Below are positions 1 through 21,592 of a stretch of DNA of 64,000 bases, piece after piece. Made by a program: the position numbers and the translations under genes. The notes below the pieces were generated by a model. The model worked only from the letters and a program-made list of their open reading frames with translations. It made no database searches and was not told where the DNA came from. How positions within the stretch are numbered: the stretch's first letter is position 1; each line of letters begins with the position of its first letter. This DNA is from Eledone cirrhosa. Its lineage: Eukaryota. Location of the stretch: the NCBI GenBank assembly GCA_964016885.1, contig OZ024743.1, positions 41,726,001 through 41,790,000 of the forward strand, read 5' to 3'.

Positions 1-319
1 TAGTCTCCGAAACTTTAATACCCTTCTCCTGCTATTTTAAGCGCTAAACTAATATATTCCTTCCGTGTACTGTGCAGTTACCTTTTGTTATTTTGTTATT
101 TCTGTTTACCTCTTACACGCATTCCAATACACCCTCATACCCACATACCCCCCCCCATACACACACACATACTCACACATACACACATAGACACACACAG
201 TTACACACACACACACCCACACATATATATATATGTATATATAATTATTAATTATTTACATAAATTATTTTATAGACATCATCATGTACATGCACCCAAG
301 CAGCCGAATGTCATCAACG

Positions 320-690
320 CAGTGTGTTCTCCAATGGGTGACAACACACAATCGGCTGCTAAGCAAAAACAAATATGAACTAATCCGCTTTGGAAAGAGT
401 CTGCACCGAAATTACAATATTTAATTCCCTCGAGTGAAATACTCACGGCAGCAACACCAGAGACCTTGGAGTAATTGTTGACAACTTAAGCTGGAGTATT
501 CATATAAACATCAAAGTTGGCATGGTCAGCAGGATAGCTTCCTGGATTATGTGGATTTACCGGGCTTAAAAAATTCACACAATCATCACACTCAACTCTA
601 AATCTGCACGGCTCTCCCTTGAATACTGTTGTCCACTGTGGGCTCCTCAAACGAAACAATGTATAATAAGGCACACCGGAGGTAAACACC
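320..690 (+). mobile_element. Degenerate CR1/L2-group LINE fragment (C-terminal RT region)
   Basis: Manual + strand translation gives RDLGVIVDNLSWSIHINIKV...LEYCCPLWAP, matching the CR1-type 'KDLGV.VD..L.F..HI...LEYC..VW.P' motifs; contains stops and frameshifts. Confidence 0.65.
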
Positions 691-942
691 ATAGATGGTA
701 TGATAACGGTTCCCGCTCTCTTTAATGTATCAAAATATATCGAGTACAGATGTTGCTAGAGCAAATCCCCTCAGGAAATTTCGAATAAGTCCAGTACATC
801 GGTATTTGATTCAGGAAACATTGACGTTTTATTAGGTCACGGAGTGAAAAATATGACGAGATTGTGAACACTTGAATGTGTTATTCTGTTAAACATGAAC
901 TAAGCCAATAGTGACTGCAATCAATCGATTTTATCAAGGAAT

Positions 943-1821
<879 letters not shown>

Positions 1822-1909
1822 GTAATAATAATAAATTTGAAGACTAAAATCCAAAGCGGGATCGATAAGTAAAAATTTATATCAAATATATAAGAACCGT
1901 AGACCATAT

Positions 1910-2215
1910 ATATACACTGAGGATGAAAAACTCAGAGCTGTATGGGAGCATCCCAAAAGTGACACAGAGGAGACTGAGGTTAGCTGGACATGCTCACCGA
2001 CATCCAGAGTTGACATTGCACTCAGGGCTCCTTTGGGAGCCTCTACATGGACACACTAGAAGAGGAAGACCAAGGTTAACGTATGTTGATGCCCTAAGGA
2101 CAGACACTGGTCTGTTGGAGACGCAGGACATGGCAGCGATAATGAGGGACAGAGACCGCTGGAGAGAACTCGTCCATGGATCTCGGGAATTTTACCCGCC
2201 TTAGATAGATAGATA
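1910..2215 (+). mobile_element. 5'-truncated RTE LINE 3' end (copy 1; same family as 29508-32764)
   Basis: MKNSELYGSIPKVTQRRLRLAGHAHRHPE...RRGRPRLTYVD...YPP matches the C-terminus of ORF 29508..30419; short (TAGA)n tail. Confidence 0.93.
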
Positions 2216-2532
2216 TATAAGATAAAAATAAATAAATAAATAAATAGATTAAATAAAGATGGCGTAGACATACAATACAACATGAGGAAACATAATAGCA
2301 CGACTGACGATGTTGCAGATGTGCAACGAAAGAACTTTGTTAGACTATATATATGTGTTTGTGTCTAAATTATATCAGTATTTTTGACCGTTGGTCAGTC
2401 AATGCTAAACATTGAGGACCGAATAAATTAACTGATATAAAAGATACAGAAGCGAAAACCAACCCAATAGTGAGTGTTTTCTGTTGTTAATTCTGGCAAT
2501 ATTATTACATAAATATATATATATATATAAAA

Positions 2533-3543
<1,011 letters not shown>

Positions 3544-3562
3544 AATATATATATATAGAGAG

Positions 3563-3613
<51 letters not shown>

Positions 3614-3666
3614 TATATATATATATATATATATTCATATATATATATATATAAATATATATATTC

Positions 3667-3698
<32 letters not shown>

Positions 3699-3811
3699 TC
3701 ATATATATATATATATATATATAGTAATAATAATAAATTTGAAGACTAAAATCCAAAGCGGGATCGATAAGTAAAAATTTATATCAAATATATAAGAACC
3801 GTAGACCATAT

Positions 3812-4117
3812 ATATACACTGAGGATGAAAAACTCAGAGCTGTATGGGAGCATCCCAAAAGTGACACAGAGGAGACTGAGGTTAGCTGGACATGCTCACC
3901 GACATCCAGAGTTGACATTGCACTCAGGGCTCCTTTGGGAGCCTCTACATGGACACACTAGAAGAGGAAGACCAAGGTTAACGTATGTTGATGCCCTAAG
4001 GACAGACACTGGTCTGTTGGAGACGCAGGACATGGCAGCGATAATGAGGGACAGAGACCGCTGGAGAGAACTCGTCCATGGATCTCGGGAATTTTACCCG
4101 CCTTAGATAGATAGATA
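3812..4117 (+). mobile_element. 5'-truncated RTE LINE 3' end (copy 2, inside the tandem duplication)
   Basis: ORF 3825..4106 is identical to 1923..2204. Confidence 0.93.
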
Positions 4118-5083
4118 TATAAGATAAAAATAAATAAATAAATAAATAGATTAAATAAAGATGGCGTAGACATACAATACAACATGAGGAAACATAATAG
4201 CACGACTGACGATGTTGCAGATGTGCAACGAAAGAACTTTGTTAGACTATATATATGTGTTTGTGTCTAAATTATATCAGTATTTTTGACCGTTGGTCAG
4301 TCAATGCTAAACATTGAGGACCGAATAAATTAACTGATATAAAAGATACAGAAGCGAAAACCAACCCAATAGTGAGTGTTTTCTGTTGTTAATTCTGGCA
4401 ATATTATTACATAAATATATATATATATATAAAAAATTAGAATTGGTGCTCTGAAATAGCGATATATATATGAATGTATATATAGTGTATTTTGCAATAC
4501 ACTGTATGCTTAGTTAAAATATTTTGAAGACCTTACGCTATTGTTTTAGAGTAGTGACAGTCTCATTTTCAGCAAACAGGGGGAGATAAAGCTGACATAG
4601 CTCTATTTCGTACTATTTGGTACTTATGAAAGCTAAGTACTCCACCTGTTTGCTGAAAATCATGAAAGTTTGATTCTTATAGAATTCTAGTAATAATCAG
4701 GAACTGATTATACAGAGCGGTTGCCGGTCAAGCAGAAATTGAAAATTGGAATTGGTCCTCTGAAATAGCGATATATATATATGAATGTATATATAGTGTA
4801 TTTTGCAATACACTGTATGCATAATTAAAGGCCTGTTGAAGACATTACTTTATTGTTTAGAGTAGTGACAGCCTCACTTACTTTAAATTTTCAGCAAACA
4901 GGGGGAGATAAAGCTGACAGAGCTCTGTTTCCTATTATTTGGTACTTATCAAAGCTAAGTACTCCACCTGTTTGCTGAAAATGTAAAGTAAGTGAGACTG
5001 TCACTACTCTAAAACAATATCGTAATGTCTTCAAAATGCTTTTAATTAAGCATACAGTTTATTGCAAAATACACTATATATAC

Positions 5084-8040
<2,957 letters not shown>

Positions 8041-8167
8041 TATATATACACACACATACACACACACACACACATACACACACACACATATTTATATATA
8101 TATATTTATATATATATATATATATAGTTTAGCGAGGTTTTTTATATGAAATCGTGTGCCGAAACAG

Positions 8168-8471
8168 ATATTGTTATACTTGGGGAGGGTCATATTTGCG
8201 TAATATTGCCAGAATTAATAACAGAACACACTCACTGTTTGGTTGGTTTTCGCTTCTCGCTGTCTTTTATATCTGCGATCTAACTTGTGTCTATATTGTA
8301 TCTGTATTATTTTTGACCGTCGGTCAGTCAATGGCAACATTGAGGACCGAGTAAGTTAGATAGCAGATATAAAAGACAGCGAGAAGCGAAAACCAACCAA
8401 ACAGTGAGTGTGTTCTGTTATTAATTCTGGCAATATTACGCAAATATGACCATCCCCAAGTATAACAATAT
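8168..8471. repeat. Fold-back element, ~118-bp arms (8168-8286 / 8353-8471); relatives at about 2380-2510, 4282-4412 and 18940-19030
   Basis: Mirror ORFs (YLRNIARINNRTHSLFGWFSLL on both strands); flanked by (TA)n. Confidence 0.88.
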
Positions 8472-8526
<55 letters not shown>

Positions 8527-8527
<1 letters not shown>

Positions 8528-8713
8528 CGAAGGAAAAGTGGTAAGGAACCAGGTGGACCATGACGCACCAAAGTACTCAATACTTAGGGTAGTAGAGTGG
8601 GTAATAGGAGTAAGTAAGACCCCGACGGCTGAGCTCAAGCCGTTTCGACGGCTGATTATGACAGAATTAGCCGTCGAAACGGCTTGAGCTCAGCCGTCGG
8701 GGTCTTACTTACT

Positions 8714-8718
<5 letters not shown>
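8527..8718 (-). mobile_element. Short PLE terminal-repeat fragment ending in a perfect 50-bp hairpin (8604-8653 / 8669-8718) that contains the 3' half of a hammerhead
   Basis: Tail is homologous to 7940-8040 of the PLE. GAAAC-ggct-tgagctc-agcc-GTC-ggggtc reads as HHR stem III, GUC site and stem I 3' strand. Confidence 0.8.
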
Positions 8719-8781
<63 letters not shown>

Positions 8782-11224
8782 TATGGAGCTTTTAGATAGC
8801 CAGCGATATTTCAAGTGCATATTATGTTGGACCTTGTATAAGTTTTATTGTTTTTTTTTCAAACATGCAGGTTTATAGATTTGTCTGTGTTTCTGTTCAG
8901 GAAAAGATAGTTATAAATAGGAATTTGTTAGATAGGCGTTGTTAAATATTGTCTTTATAAAGTTTGGGTAGATTGTTCAGTTATTTATAAGAGAAAGATT
9001 TGAAAATATTTAGTAGATTTCCTTTCCGTTAGTTAATGCCCTATAGAATTATAGAAGAAATTGTATATAGAGCGATAAACATTCTCATATTTATATATGC
9101 AGTAGATGTATATAATTACCTAGTATTTTTCCTAATCCGGTTCTAAAATTAAACATGTAGTGGAAACTTTACTTGCTTTATATTGATGAGACATTTTGAA
9201 CCAAATTCGTTTTCAGTTTTGTTCATCATATCGTTTTCACTGTTGTCTCTTTGTTTATGTCCCCTGTCTAAAATCAGGCTTTTATTTTTCATGTGTCCTA
9301 TGTCTTAATTATTAGTTCATACATTGCTTTTTCCTCATTGTCCCGTGTCCCTTCCCGTTTTCACTCTTTACTTTCTGTTTGCCTTCTATTTCTAACTCCA
9401 TCTTATTATGAAGGACGAGTATCCAAAATGTCGACTCTCTTTCTGTTATTTCAAGCTGGTTCTGATACCACCAATTTCATCAGCTGTTGTGATGTATCGG
9501 CAAATATTTGGTGGCCTGGAACCAAAAATCTTGTTTACATGGTCAGCTCCCACAGTGTAACCATTTTCTACTCTTTTTGGTGATGGCTCATTGAATATTT
9601 ATTAACAGAAGTAAATTATATTTCCTTGCTCTCCTTATGCTCTCACTGCAAATCTGTGTAGTAAATATATTCTGTTAAGTGTAATAAACGACTAGCTTAT
9701 CCATAGAGAAAAGATGGTCATGTATTCATTATGACGCCTTCAGAAAATAAACAACTTTGATAGCGATTAAACATGTCCTTCCACAACACTAACACCTCCG
9801 TATTCCTGTATTTGTACAATGTCATAATTTACGATTCAAATTTCGTACATAGTCTCCGTTAGTAGAACAGGGTGTATTTAAAGTGGTGACGGATTATATA
9901 TACCAATTAGGAAGAAATAGTATTTTCTCTAATAGGCTTTCACTAGATTTTTGTCGAACAAATTCAATCGTAGATCTTTGGTTTTCCCATGGATATGATT
10001 TAAACATTTGTAGAATATGCTAAATGATAGACATTGGAAACTTGGAGATACGAGGGAAAAGTTTGAATCTTGAAGCCATACATTTACTAGATGCATTCAC
10101 TTACCATTAGAACTATTTAGAATTTTCAAAAGCGTTGTGTATATCATATAAGCAGAGAAACCAGATTTTGTTCATACTAAAGTGAAGAATACTCGAAACA
10201 GTTTTAAGTGTTTTGCAATCTCCTCAGCATCCACCCATCTACTTTAACATATTTTAAAATCTAGTTTATATTATTGGTATTTGTTATTTTGATAAAAAAA
10301 TATGAAAAATTATTCAGTTTAAGATTTTTTCTATATCTTATAAGCAAAAAAACATTTCTCTTTCGAAGATCTTCAGAAAGTTTCTAAAATCACTTAAAGT
10401 AACATATTAACATATTTATTACACAGTTAAACAAAGTTACTCCTTTTAAAAGGAAAACTTTCTATTGGAGGTTATCTATACATGCTAGGTGATAGATATA
10501 AAACTTATGTACGCCGCCACATACCGAACCATGTCATGTGGGAGGATGCAGCGGAAATATATTCATACATATGTAATAAAGTGTGTCGAAAGACATCGAT
10601 AAAATAAGATTATCCAAACAATATGTACCTAAAATCTCCCTCTAGCGATTTTAAAATATCAGAACAACAAACAGGTCTAATCAGTTGATCAAAACAGTAA
10701 ACAATTGATATAGAAGTGGAGCTGGTATTTTAAGTGAAGTAGTAAATACAAATCTCTCTGCAATAAAGTGTATTTCACGCAGTTTGCAAGATTAGGGGTG
10801 ATCAACATTCATGAAAAAATTCCCTAATTCCCGTCTATATCATTATATTCATACCCAGCATCACTATGTTCCAACAAACAAATTCCCTCTCTCACTTTCT
10901 GTATATACATATTTACCCCTCGCAAATGTACCTTAATTAATCGGTTGTTCGGTTACCATAGTGCATTTATGTCCAAGTTATATATTACATCAGAAATTAT
11001 AAGGAGTTTATGCATGCTGAAACGTATAATTTGACAATTTGACTTCAACCTAATTACATTTCAGGTAGGAATTGATAGTGTAATGTAATATAAATTAGTT
11101 AATGAGAAACCTTCTACATGCTGCCATTATGTACACACACACACATAAACACACACACGCACTCACTCACATACACACGTACATACATATATATGAATAT
11201 GTATATATATATATATATATATAG

Positions 11225-11291
<67 letters not shown>

Positions 11292-13228
11292 CGTGTGTGG
11301 GTGTGTGTATGGATGCAAGAGCTCAGCATTCGGATGACGATTCTTTAACATTACCATACCTTTATAAATACACCAGGTATCGAGTATTTTGTTGAGTAAT
11401 CGTCTAACTAGTTTTAAACCTGTTCATTCCTGATATATATGTATATAAGGAAAAGAAATAGAACATGCAATTGGAGTCTTTTTAAGAATATTAATAGTTT
11501 CCTTTACCGGTTTCACAGTTCTTATGCTTTTCTAAAGTTGCATTTTCGATTCCTTTTCTTTATATGTACATTCGTGTAGACCATCATATATAGGTATGAA
11601 GGTGAACATTAATTGCCTCCATAGGTGGTGTGCCGAATGAGCACTCGATGTTCTTGGTGTGCAGAGTATCAATAATATTAATATATAAGGGAACAAAGAA
11701 TCAGTGTTCCATCATATACATCTATATTACATTATATACGCGCACAGACGGATGTATATACATTCTTTTTGTAGTAGGCAAGATAATTTCTTACCTGTGT
11801 CAATTCCATCAACTGTATTACGATGTTATATATGTAAAGCCATAGATTAAAAAGTAGTGTTACAAGTATAAACATTTCATTTTAACCTGTGATTGTTCTA
11901 TATCGAGAAAGTGTGCATTCTTCGGGTAGCCGGAAAGAATATACTTGATTGCGGAAAGATGATAAAATATTGTTGTTTTGCGTAAAATGTTTTACTTACC
12001 AAATTCCGCAACGCAAAAATTTAAAAACATTGCTCTATGAAGAAATACGAAATGTACATATGTATATATGGCTGCCATTTGGCATCGAATTAAATTGTCT
12101 TCTTATTGTTTTTCGACTCTCTACAAATGATTTCAAATAATACATAGATAAATAAATATAGTACTTTTCCTATAATGCGGGATATTTTTTTATTTATATA
12201 TATTTATCGTCTCCTCTCTATATATATCTGTCTCGATATTTTCTCTGAAAGAAATTAGTTCTATTTCAACACAGAAATGGATTATTCCTGGGTTTAAAAT
12301 GCAAAAAAAAACACGTGTATCAAGACGCCGCTCCCGTGACAACTCTGGGCGTTAAGTGCCTTTTGTGTTTTGCTATGTTTTACAATTGAAATTGTACTTG
12401 CCTCTTTCGACAGTATAGTTCAGTCACAAACGTGTTATTCCTAATATGCTATGGGACATAATATATTCTACAAAGTTTTCCTTTCTGTCAAATCTCACAT
12501 TATACATTATTAGCGTTATAAAACCAGATGAGGTGTCATATTCTAGTACTAGATATAGGAACTAAACAACAAAAAGACAGAAATGTGATGGCTGAAACAT
12601 ATTGAATCAGATCTCATCTGGATATAATCAGTAACAACTCATACATAATAAAAAAAAATATCAATCCTCAATTTCCTCCATATATATATGAAAAATCTCT
12701 ATCACAAACACAGGACAGATAGAGCTATGATACGATTGTTAACGCTAAGTACGATAAAATGTCTACCCACCCTCCTCACCAACTCAGAAAATTGGTTGTG
12801 ATATATGCCACGAAACGCTGCATAATTTATATCATTTTTAACAATATATTTTGTTGAGTTTGCTGTGAATTATTAATTACATAAATTAAAAAAAATAAAT
12901 CATTTTTTTCAAATATCTGTGGAAGAAGGAGAGATGGTTTCTTTCCCGTTGTCATTTTAACACATTTAACTGTCGCATTAAATGCTTTCAACAAGGTGAA
13001 CAAGTGCACACATCCTTTTTTTTCCGAATCATTAAGGCATTTTAAAATGTTTCAGTTTCTCTACAAATTCCAATCTGAGGTTTTCAAATTCGTATTAAGA
13101 AAATAAATAAAGTCACTGTCATTACTACGTGGAAACATTTAATTATCTGCAATAATAATCACAGTGATGAATGTTAATTCCAGCAGCTCCCCAGCTTCAA
13201 CTAGAAGAAAAACAACCACAACAATAAT

Positions 13229-13443
13229 AATTGTTTCTACTTCAGACACAAGGCCAGCAATTTGGGGGTAGGAGGAAAGCCAATTAAATTGACTCCAGTA
13301 TATTATTGCTACTTTATTTTATCGACCCCGTAAGGATGAAATGTAAAGCTAATCTTGTCGGGATTTGAAATAAGAACGTAAAGGGGCGTATCTCAATGCT
13401 GCGAAGCATGGTGTCCGACGCTCTACCTATACTACCGTTCCAA
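13229..13443 (-). mobile_element. tRNA-derived SINE with Meta-type core
   Basis: Minus strand has a degenerate B box (ttcaaatcc) and the core ttcatccttacggggtcgataaaataaagta; several copies in the window. Confidence 0.75.
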
Positions 13444-13489
13444 TAATAATAGATATTTTTGAATCTAAGAACTAGATATTTTGTACGCT

Positions 13490-14530
13490 GAAAAGAAAGA
13501 AAATGTTAGAGAAATATATTTAAAAAGAATAAAAAGGATTTAAAAATCGAACTTGAACGCGAGATATCTGATCACTGCAATGAATATCTGAACAGTTTCA
13601 GTGGTTCGATATAGTGCCTCCAATCTCAGTTGGACTGAAGAACAGATATCAAAATTAAATAGAAAGATATTGTGCGGAGCTTTACACCATAAAACAGATA
13701 TCAATAGTAATAGACTGTACATGAATAGAAAGAAAGTTGGCAGAGGTTTCATCAGTGTGGATCATTGTTTAAGGAGTAAAAGTAGAATGCTAGCAGAATA
13801 TGTGATAAACAGTGACGAAGAGTGGTTGCAATATGCAGCAGAAGATATGGGTATAAACGCAATAGAAATGGTTGGAAAAGAACAGATTAAACAAAGAGCA
13901 GAAGCATAAAGAAACGATCTAGGAATGATAATGCATGGTCAGTTTGAGAGAAATACGCATGACATCAAGCAGAAAAGTACAACGTGGACACGACTTAAGC
14001 AAGGGGATTTTAACCATGTCACTGAAGGCCTTATTGTTGCAGCGCAAGACCAAGCACTTGCTACCAATTCGGTGAAATATATCATCTACAAAACGGCTGA
14101 CTCCCAGAAATGTAAGTTCTGGGGAAAGAATGTGGAAAATGTGGCCCACTTGATAATTGAATTTGAGAGCCTTGCTCAAAAAGAATACAAGCGCTGCCAT
14201 GATAAATTCTGTCTATATCTTCATTGGCTTCTGAATCATAGATAACATTATGAACTCTAGATAATTGGTATGAATGTGAAATGTAAAGTAAACCAGGACG
14301 ATGGAAAAGCAACGCTATTCTGGGATTATGATTTTCAAATTGATAGAATCAATAAGATTCGCCGACTGGACATTATCGTCTTGAACAAGAAAGAAGTGGC
14401 CGTAGCAAATAACACGAATATTGTGAGTAATAAGATTGAAAAAATCACCATGTACACTGAATTGAAAATGGAGGTGGCAAGATTAGTTGCCATGCCAGTT
14501 GGGATCGGGGCATTAGGGTAAAATCCCGTT
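13490..14530 (+). mobile_element. Old, 5'-truncated R4/Dong LINE remnant
   Basis: NRLYMNRKKVGRGFISV, TEGLIVAAQDQALAT, degenerate CCHC, CHD, LFWDYDFQID..RRLDII, PVGIGALG; collinear with the C-terminus of ORF 35363..38755. Confidence 0.85.
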
Positions 14531-15263
14531 TAAGTGAATATTGCATGTTATCCTTTCGTAATCGATAAATAAAGAACTAGATCAGTTACTGGGATCATTA
14601 TTTCTCTGTATCTCATTCTCACTCCTTACCCGCTCTTCACACGCACACATACACACACACACACACACACACATTGAGACACATCCACACACGCACACAT
14701 ACATATATATTTATAACTCTTGAAGAAAACTACTTTTCGTCGACTTCAATAGAGGTAAATTCCGTTATGCGTAAATGCCCAAGTGACCGCCCATACGATT
14801 CCAATAGCGACTAAAGTCAAATGGCATTGAATCGAAGACTATTTCAAAAGTAAGTATGATATTTACGTCAGATATTTTTCAATAGAGACATGGAATGGTG
14901 TTAGTAATCATTAGTTGCGAAATTACTGAAATTTAGAAAACTATATGAAATATGTTAATTACATATATTCTCCTGACTATATTTTCCTAATTGAGAAAAC
15001 TGTAAGAAGTATGACTAATACACATTTATCACAAACAAAACATTTTACGGTATATCCCTTAATTAGTTTTGTTTCAAGCCTGAAATCTGTTCCACAATCA
15101 ATTACAATATGTTTCACTTCCTCTAATATGTTGGATGCAAATTTATACTTGTAGAAAAGAGCATTGTCGTCAACGTGACAACGACGGTTTACACAATATT
15201 ATCCAAAAGCCAATGTTCATAGATGAAACAACTTAGAGATTGTAGAGATAATGAATTGTATTC

Positions 15264-15304
<41 letters not shown>

Positions 15305-15844
15305 TATATTACTATGTGAATCGTAGTGTCATGTATATACAAATACAATACTATACGGAAAACCAATGCTCAAATCGTCTTTATTCTCAAAGTAAATACA
15401 TGTCAGGTCTTCTTAAAAATATATTAAATTTATATTTGTTAAATGAAATAAACTGCATTAATTGCCGTTATCTAACTATGTTCATGCTCTGTGCATTCTG
15501 TGCAGTGGCAAATGCTGTAACAAACAATGGAAGCATTAATTTTCTTCGTCTGATCTATCGGCCACTCCGATTGATCCCTCATCACGTTAGTTTTCTTGAA
15601 TTCCGCAGACTTTCACGCTTCCCTCAACTTGACCTCCTCCCATTCAACCCATACCTCATACTATATCCGCTACCATCAATTCTTTCTTTCCTGCAGTCTT
15701 GCAGTCTAAACCATCACTTACATGGCTATTCTGTTCACCCGGCGAGGATACGCCCCTACCATGAAACAAGTAACCATTTATATATATATTTATATTAGTA
15801 TCAGTACTCTGAAATAGCGATGTATGTATGAATGTGTGTATAGT

Positions 15845-18733
<2,889 letters not shown>

Positions 18734-18878
18734 CTTTATCTACACTCCGGAATACAGAAGGATCAGGAAGTGAGTTTCTTCAACTATTCTTCCATAACTC
18801 GTTCAGTAACCCCTCACCGTACGTCAACTCTATCCAGTGTAGTAATTAACCATTACTGCATCCAGGATAATCCTATAC

Positions 18879-18944
<66 letters not shown>

Positions 18945-19042
18945 TTGTTGCAATGATACCAGAAATAATAACAGAAGACACTCACTGTTTGGTTGGTTTT
19001 CGCTTCTGTATCATGGTTATTTCTGGCAATATATATATATAT

Positions 19043-19423
19043 AATTGTTTCTACTTTTGGCACATGGCTAGAAATTATCCCAGTGCATTACTGGTACTTT
19101 ATTTGATCGGCCCCGTAAGGATTAAGGGCAACATTAACATCGGCGGAATTTGAACTCCTCAGTCCGTAAAGGGACGCAACTCTATGTCAACAATCATGGC
19201 GTCCGACCCTCTACTGATACTGCCAATCGATATATATATATATATATATAATCGTTTCTACTTTTGGCTCAAGGCCAGCAATTATCCAGTGCATTACTGG
19301 TACTTTATTTTATCGACCCTGTAAGGATGGAAGACAAAGTTAAGCTCGGCGGGATTTGAACTCACACCATAAAAGGACGTAACTATGCTCGAAAGCATGG
19401 CGTCCGACCCTCTACCGATACTA
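19043..19423 (-). mobile_element. Two tandem Meta-core SINE copies (19043-19227, about 19250-19423) separated by (TA)n
   Basis: Minus strand has A box tggcagtatc, B box gagttcaaat(t/c)cc and the core ccttacggg..cgat.aaataaagtaccag. Confidence 0.82.
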
Positions 19424-20091
19424 ATGATGGGGAAAGCGAAAGGAAATATCAAATAATTCATATGCGTATATATAGTTGTTTAGGTGCGTATGCATAATCA
19501 GGTATCAAGGCAGAAATAAATCTTATATTATTTCATTATTTATTCATACACCTGGCCAACTTCAAGATTTGACTTATTTCTAGATATCTCTTTCTCTCTT
19601 TCTCTCTCGTCATCTTTCTTTCTCTCTACCCCCTCTCTTTCTTTCTTTTTCACGGCCTTTCCTTTCTTTCTGTCTCTTACCCTCTCTCTCTCTCTTTCAT
19701 TCTTCCTATCCCTCTCGTTTTCTTGACAAAATTACCTCCTTCAGCTCTGACACCAATTTGATAGTAATGTTATTAATAGATATAATAGAAGCTACTGCAA
19801 TCAAACAGAAACATCATTAGCCAAGCTATTTAATAACCTTCTCGTGAATTGCCATTCTTTTATTTAACTTAATCAAATATTTAATTTCCGACAAAGACGA
19901 AAATTTCTGAGTGGATCGATCGATATACTAATTCAGCAATAGAATGACGATATCTATAATTATTTCGCAATGTTTTTCTCCATATATATCAAGCAACATT
20001 ATTTAACGCCTCTTTTTGTTGCGTATATATATACATACCTACCTACATACACACAAACAGACATACACACACAAACACACACACACACACA

Positions 20092-20174
<83 letters not shown>

Positions 20175-20489
20175 ACATATATATATATATATAAACATAT
20201 TTATATATATAACATATATATGTATATATATATACATACATGCACACATATATATATATGTACGTATAGATTCACCAAACATTTATTATAATGCTCGGTG
20301 TGTTTGTAAACAAACATCCCGTATACAGCCGCAATGTCTAGCAACCACCATTGCTCGTTTGTTCAACACTGACAAAGGTAAAGGAACGCTGTAGTATGTA
20401 TATATATATATACATACTACTGTACGTCTGTATACATATAAGTATGTACGTATACATACTTATATTTATATATACATATATATATATAT

Positions 20490-20563
<74 letters not shown>

Positions 20564-21082
20564 GTATATATGTAGGTCTCTCTCTGTCAGTGCGTGCTTG
20601 AGACTGTGTATATAGGCATAATTTATAAAAACCTGCCACATTGCCTATATAAACAATATAATAGTCGATTATCTCGTGTAAATTACTTTCAGTGACAGAC
20701 AAAAGGCGGACAGAAATGTCTGTGAAGCCTACGACACATATGTCCGATTCATTTCACTATTCTATAATTAATATATATATATATATGTATTTATATATTA
20801 AAGAGTTAAACAAGAGTACATCAAAGGATGAGTTTTACAGTAGATTAGAAGCACTCTACAAATAAAAATTTTCCAGAGATTTTAATATTAATTCACATAT
20901 GAATTTCATTTGAAAAACATAGCAATACAAAATTATAACTGAAGAAATTTTAATGAAAACGCCAACATAGTCAACACTATACCAATAACACATGCGCAAA
21001 TACATTCAGCAACACTACCGTCACCGTTGCACACACAATTGTTAATATTTGAATTAATATATATATATACATATACATAAAT

Positions 21083-21280
21083 ATAGGAAAGGGTTCAGGA
21101 CCCCGACGGCAGAGATTAAGCTTTTTTTACGGCTATTTATGTACTGAAATAGCCGTCGAAACGGCTCGAGCTCTGCTGTCGGGGTCCTGAAACTTTTCCT
21201 ATTACCTACTCTACTACCCAAAGTATCGAGTACTCCGGTGCGTTACGGTCCACCTGGTTCCTTACAGCACTTCCTTCATT
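21083..21280 (+). mobile_element. Second, more diverged copy of the hairpin PLE-terminus element (family of 8527-8718)
   Basis: Arms at about 21083-21138 / 21147-21202; agccgtcGAAACggctcgagctctgctGTCggggtc followed by the same 3' tail. Confidence 0.8.
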
Positions 21281-21392
21281 ATATATATATATTTATATAT
21301 ATATGTATGTGTGTGTGTGCCATCTGAAACTTCAATTGTCACTCACCTCCATGTCTGTGTTTCTGTCTCTGTTTGTCTGCGTTGTGTGCATT

Positions 21393-21471
21393 TCAACCTT
21401 ACAGGGTCGATAAAATAAAGTACCAGTAATACACTCGCTAATTGCTGGCCTTGTGCTAAAAGTAGAAACAA
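21393..21471 (+). mobile_element. Meta-core SINE 3' fragment
   Basis: ccttacagggtcgataaaataaagtaccag...ctggccttgtgctaaaagtagaaacaat. Confidence 0.7.
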
Positions 21472-21523
21472 TGATATATATATATATTTATATATATATA
21501 TATAGATAGATAGATAGATATAC

Positions 21524-21592
<69 letters not shown>

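Noticed and set aside
8333-8352. ggcaacattgaggaccg resembles part of the genomic HDV ribozyme sequence
   Set aside because: No P1/P2/P3 framework around it, and the relative at about 2400 changes these bases; treated as coincidence.
9405-9900. Possible Tc1/mariner TIR-like words (also near 24025-24050 and a weak transposase-like stretch at 55080-55400)
   Set aside because: No paired TIRs or convincing DDE/D motifs were found.
15223-15798. 191-aa ORF with poly-Ser
   Set aside because: Built on an (AGT)n repeat and low-complexity sequence; no domain or splice evidence.
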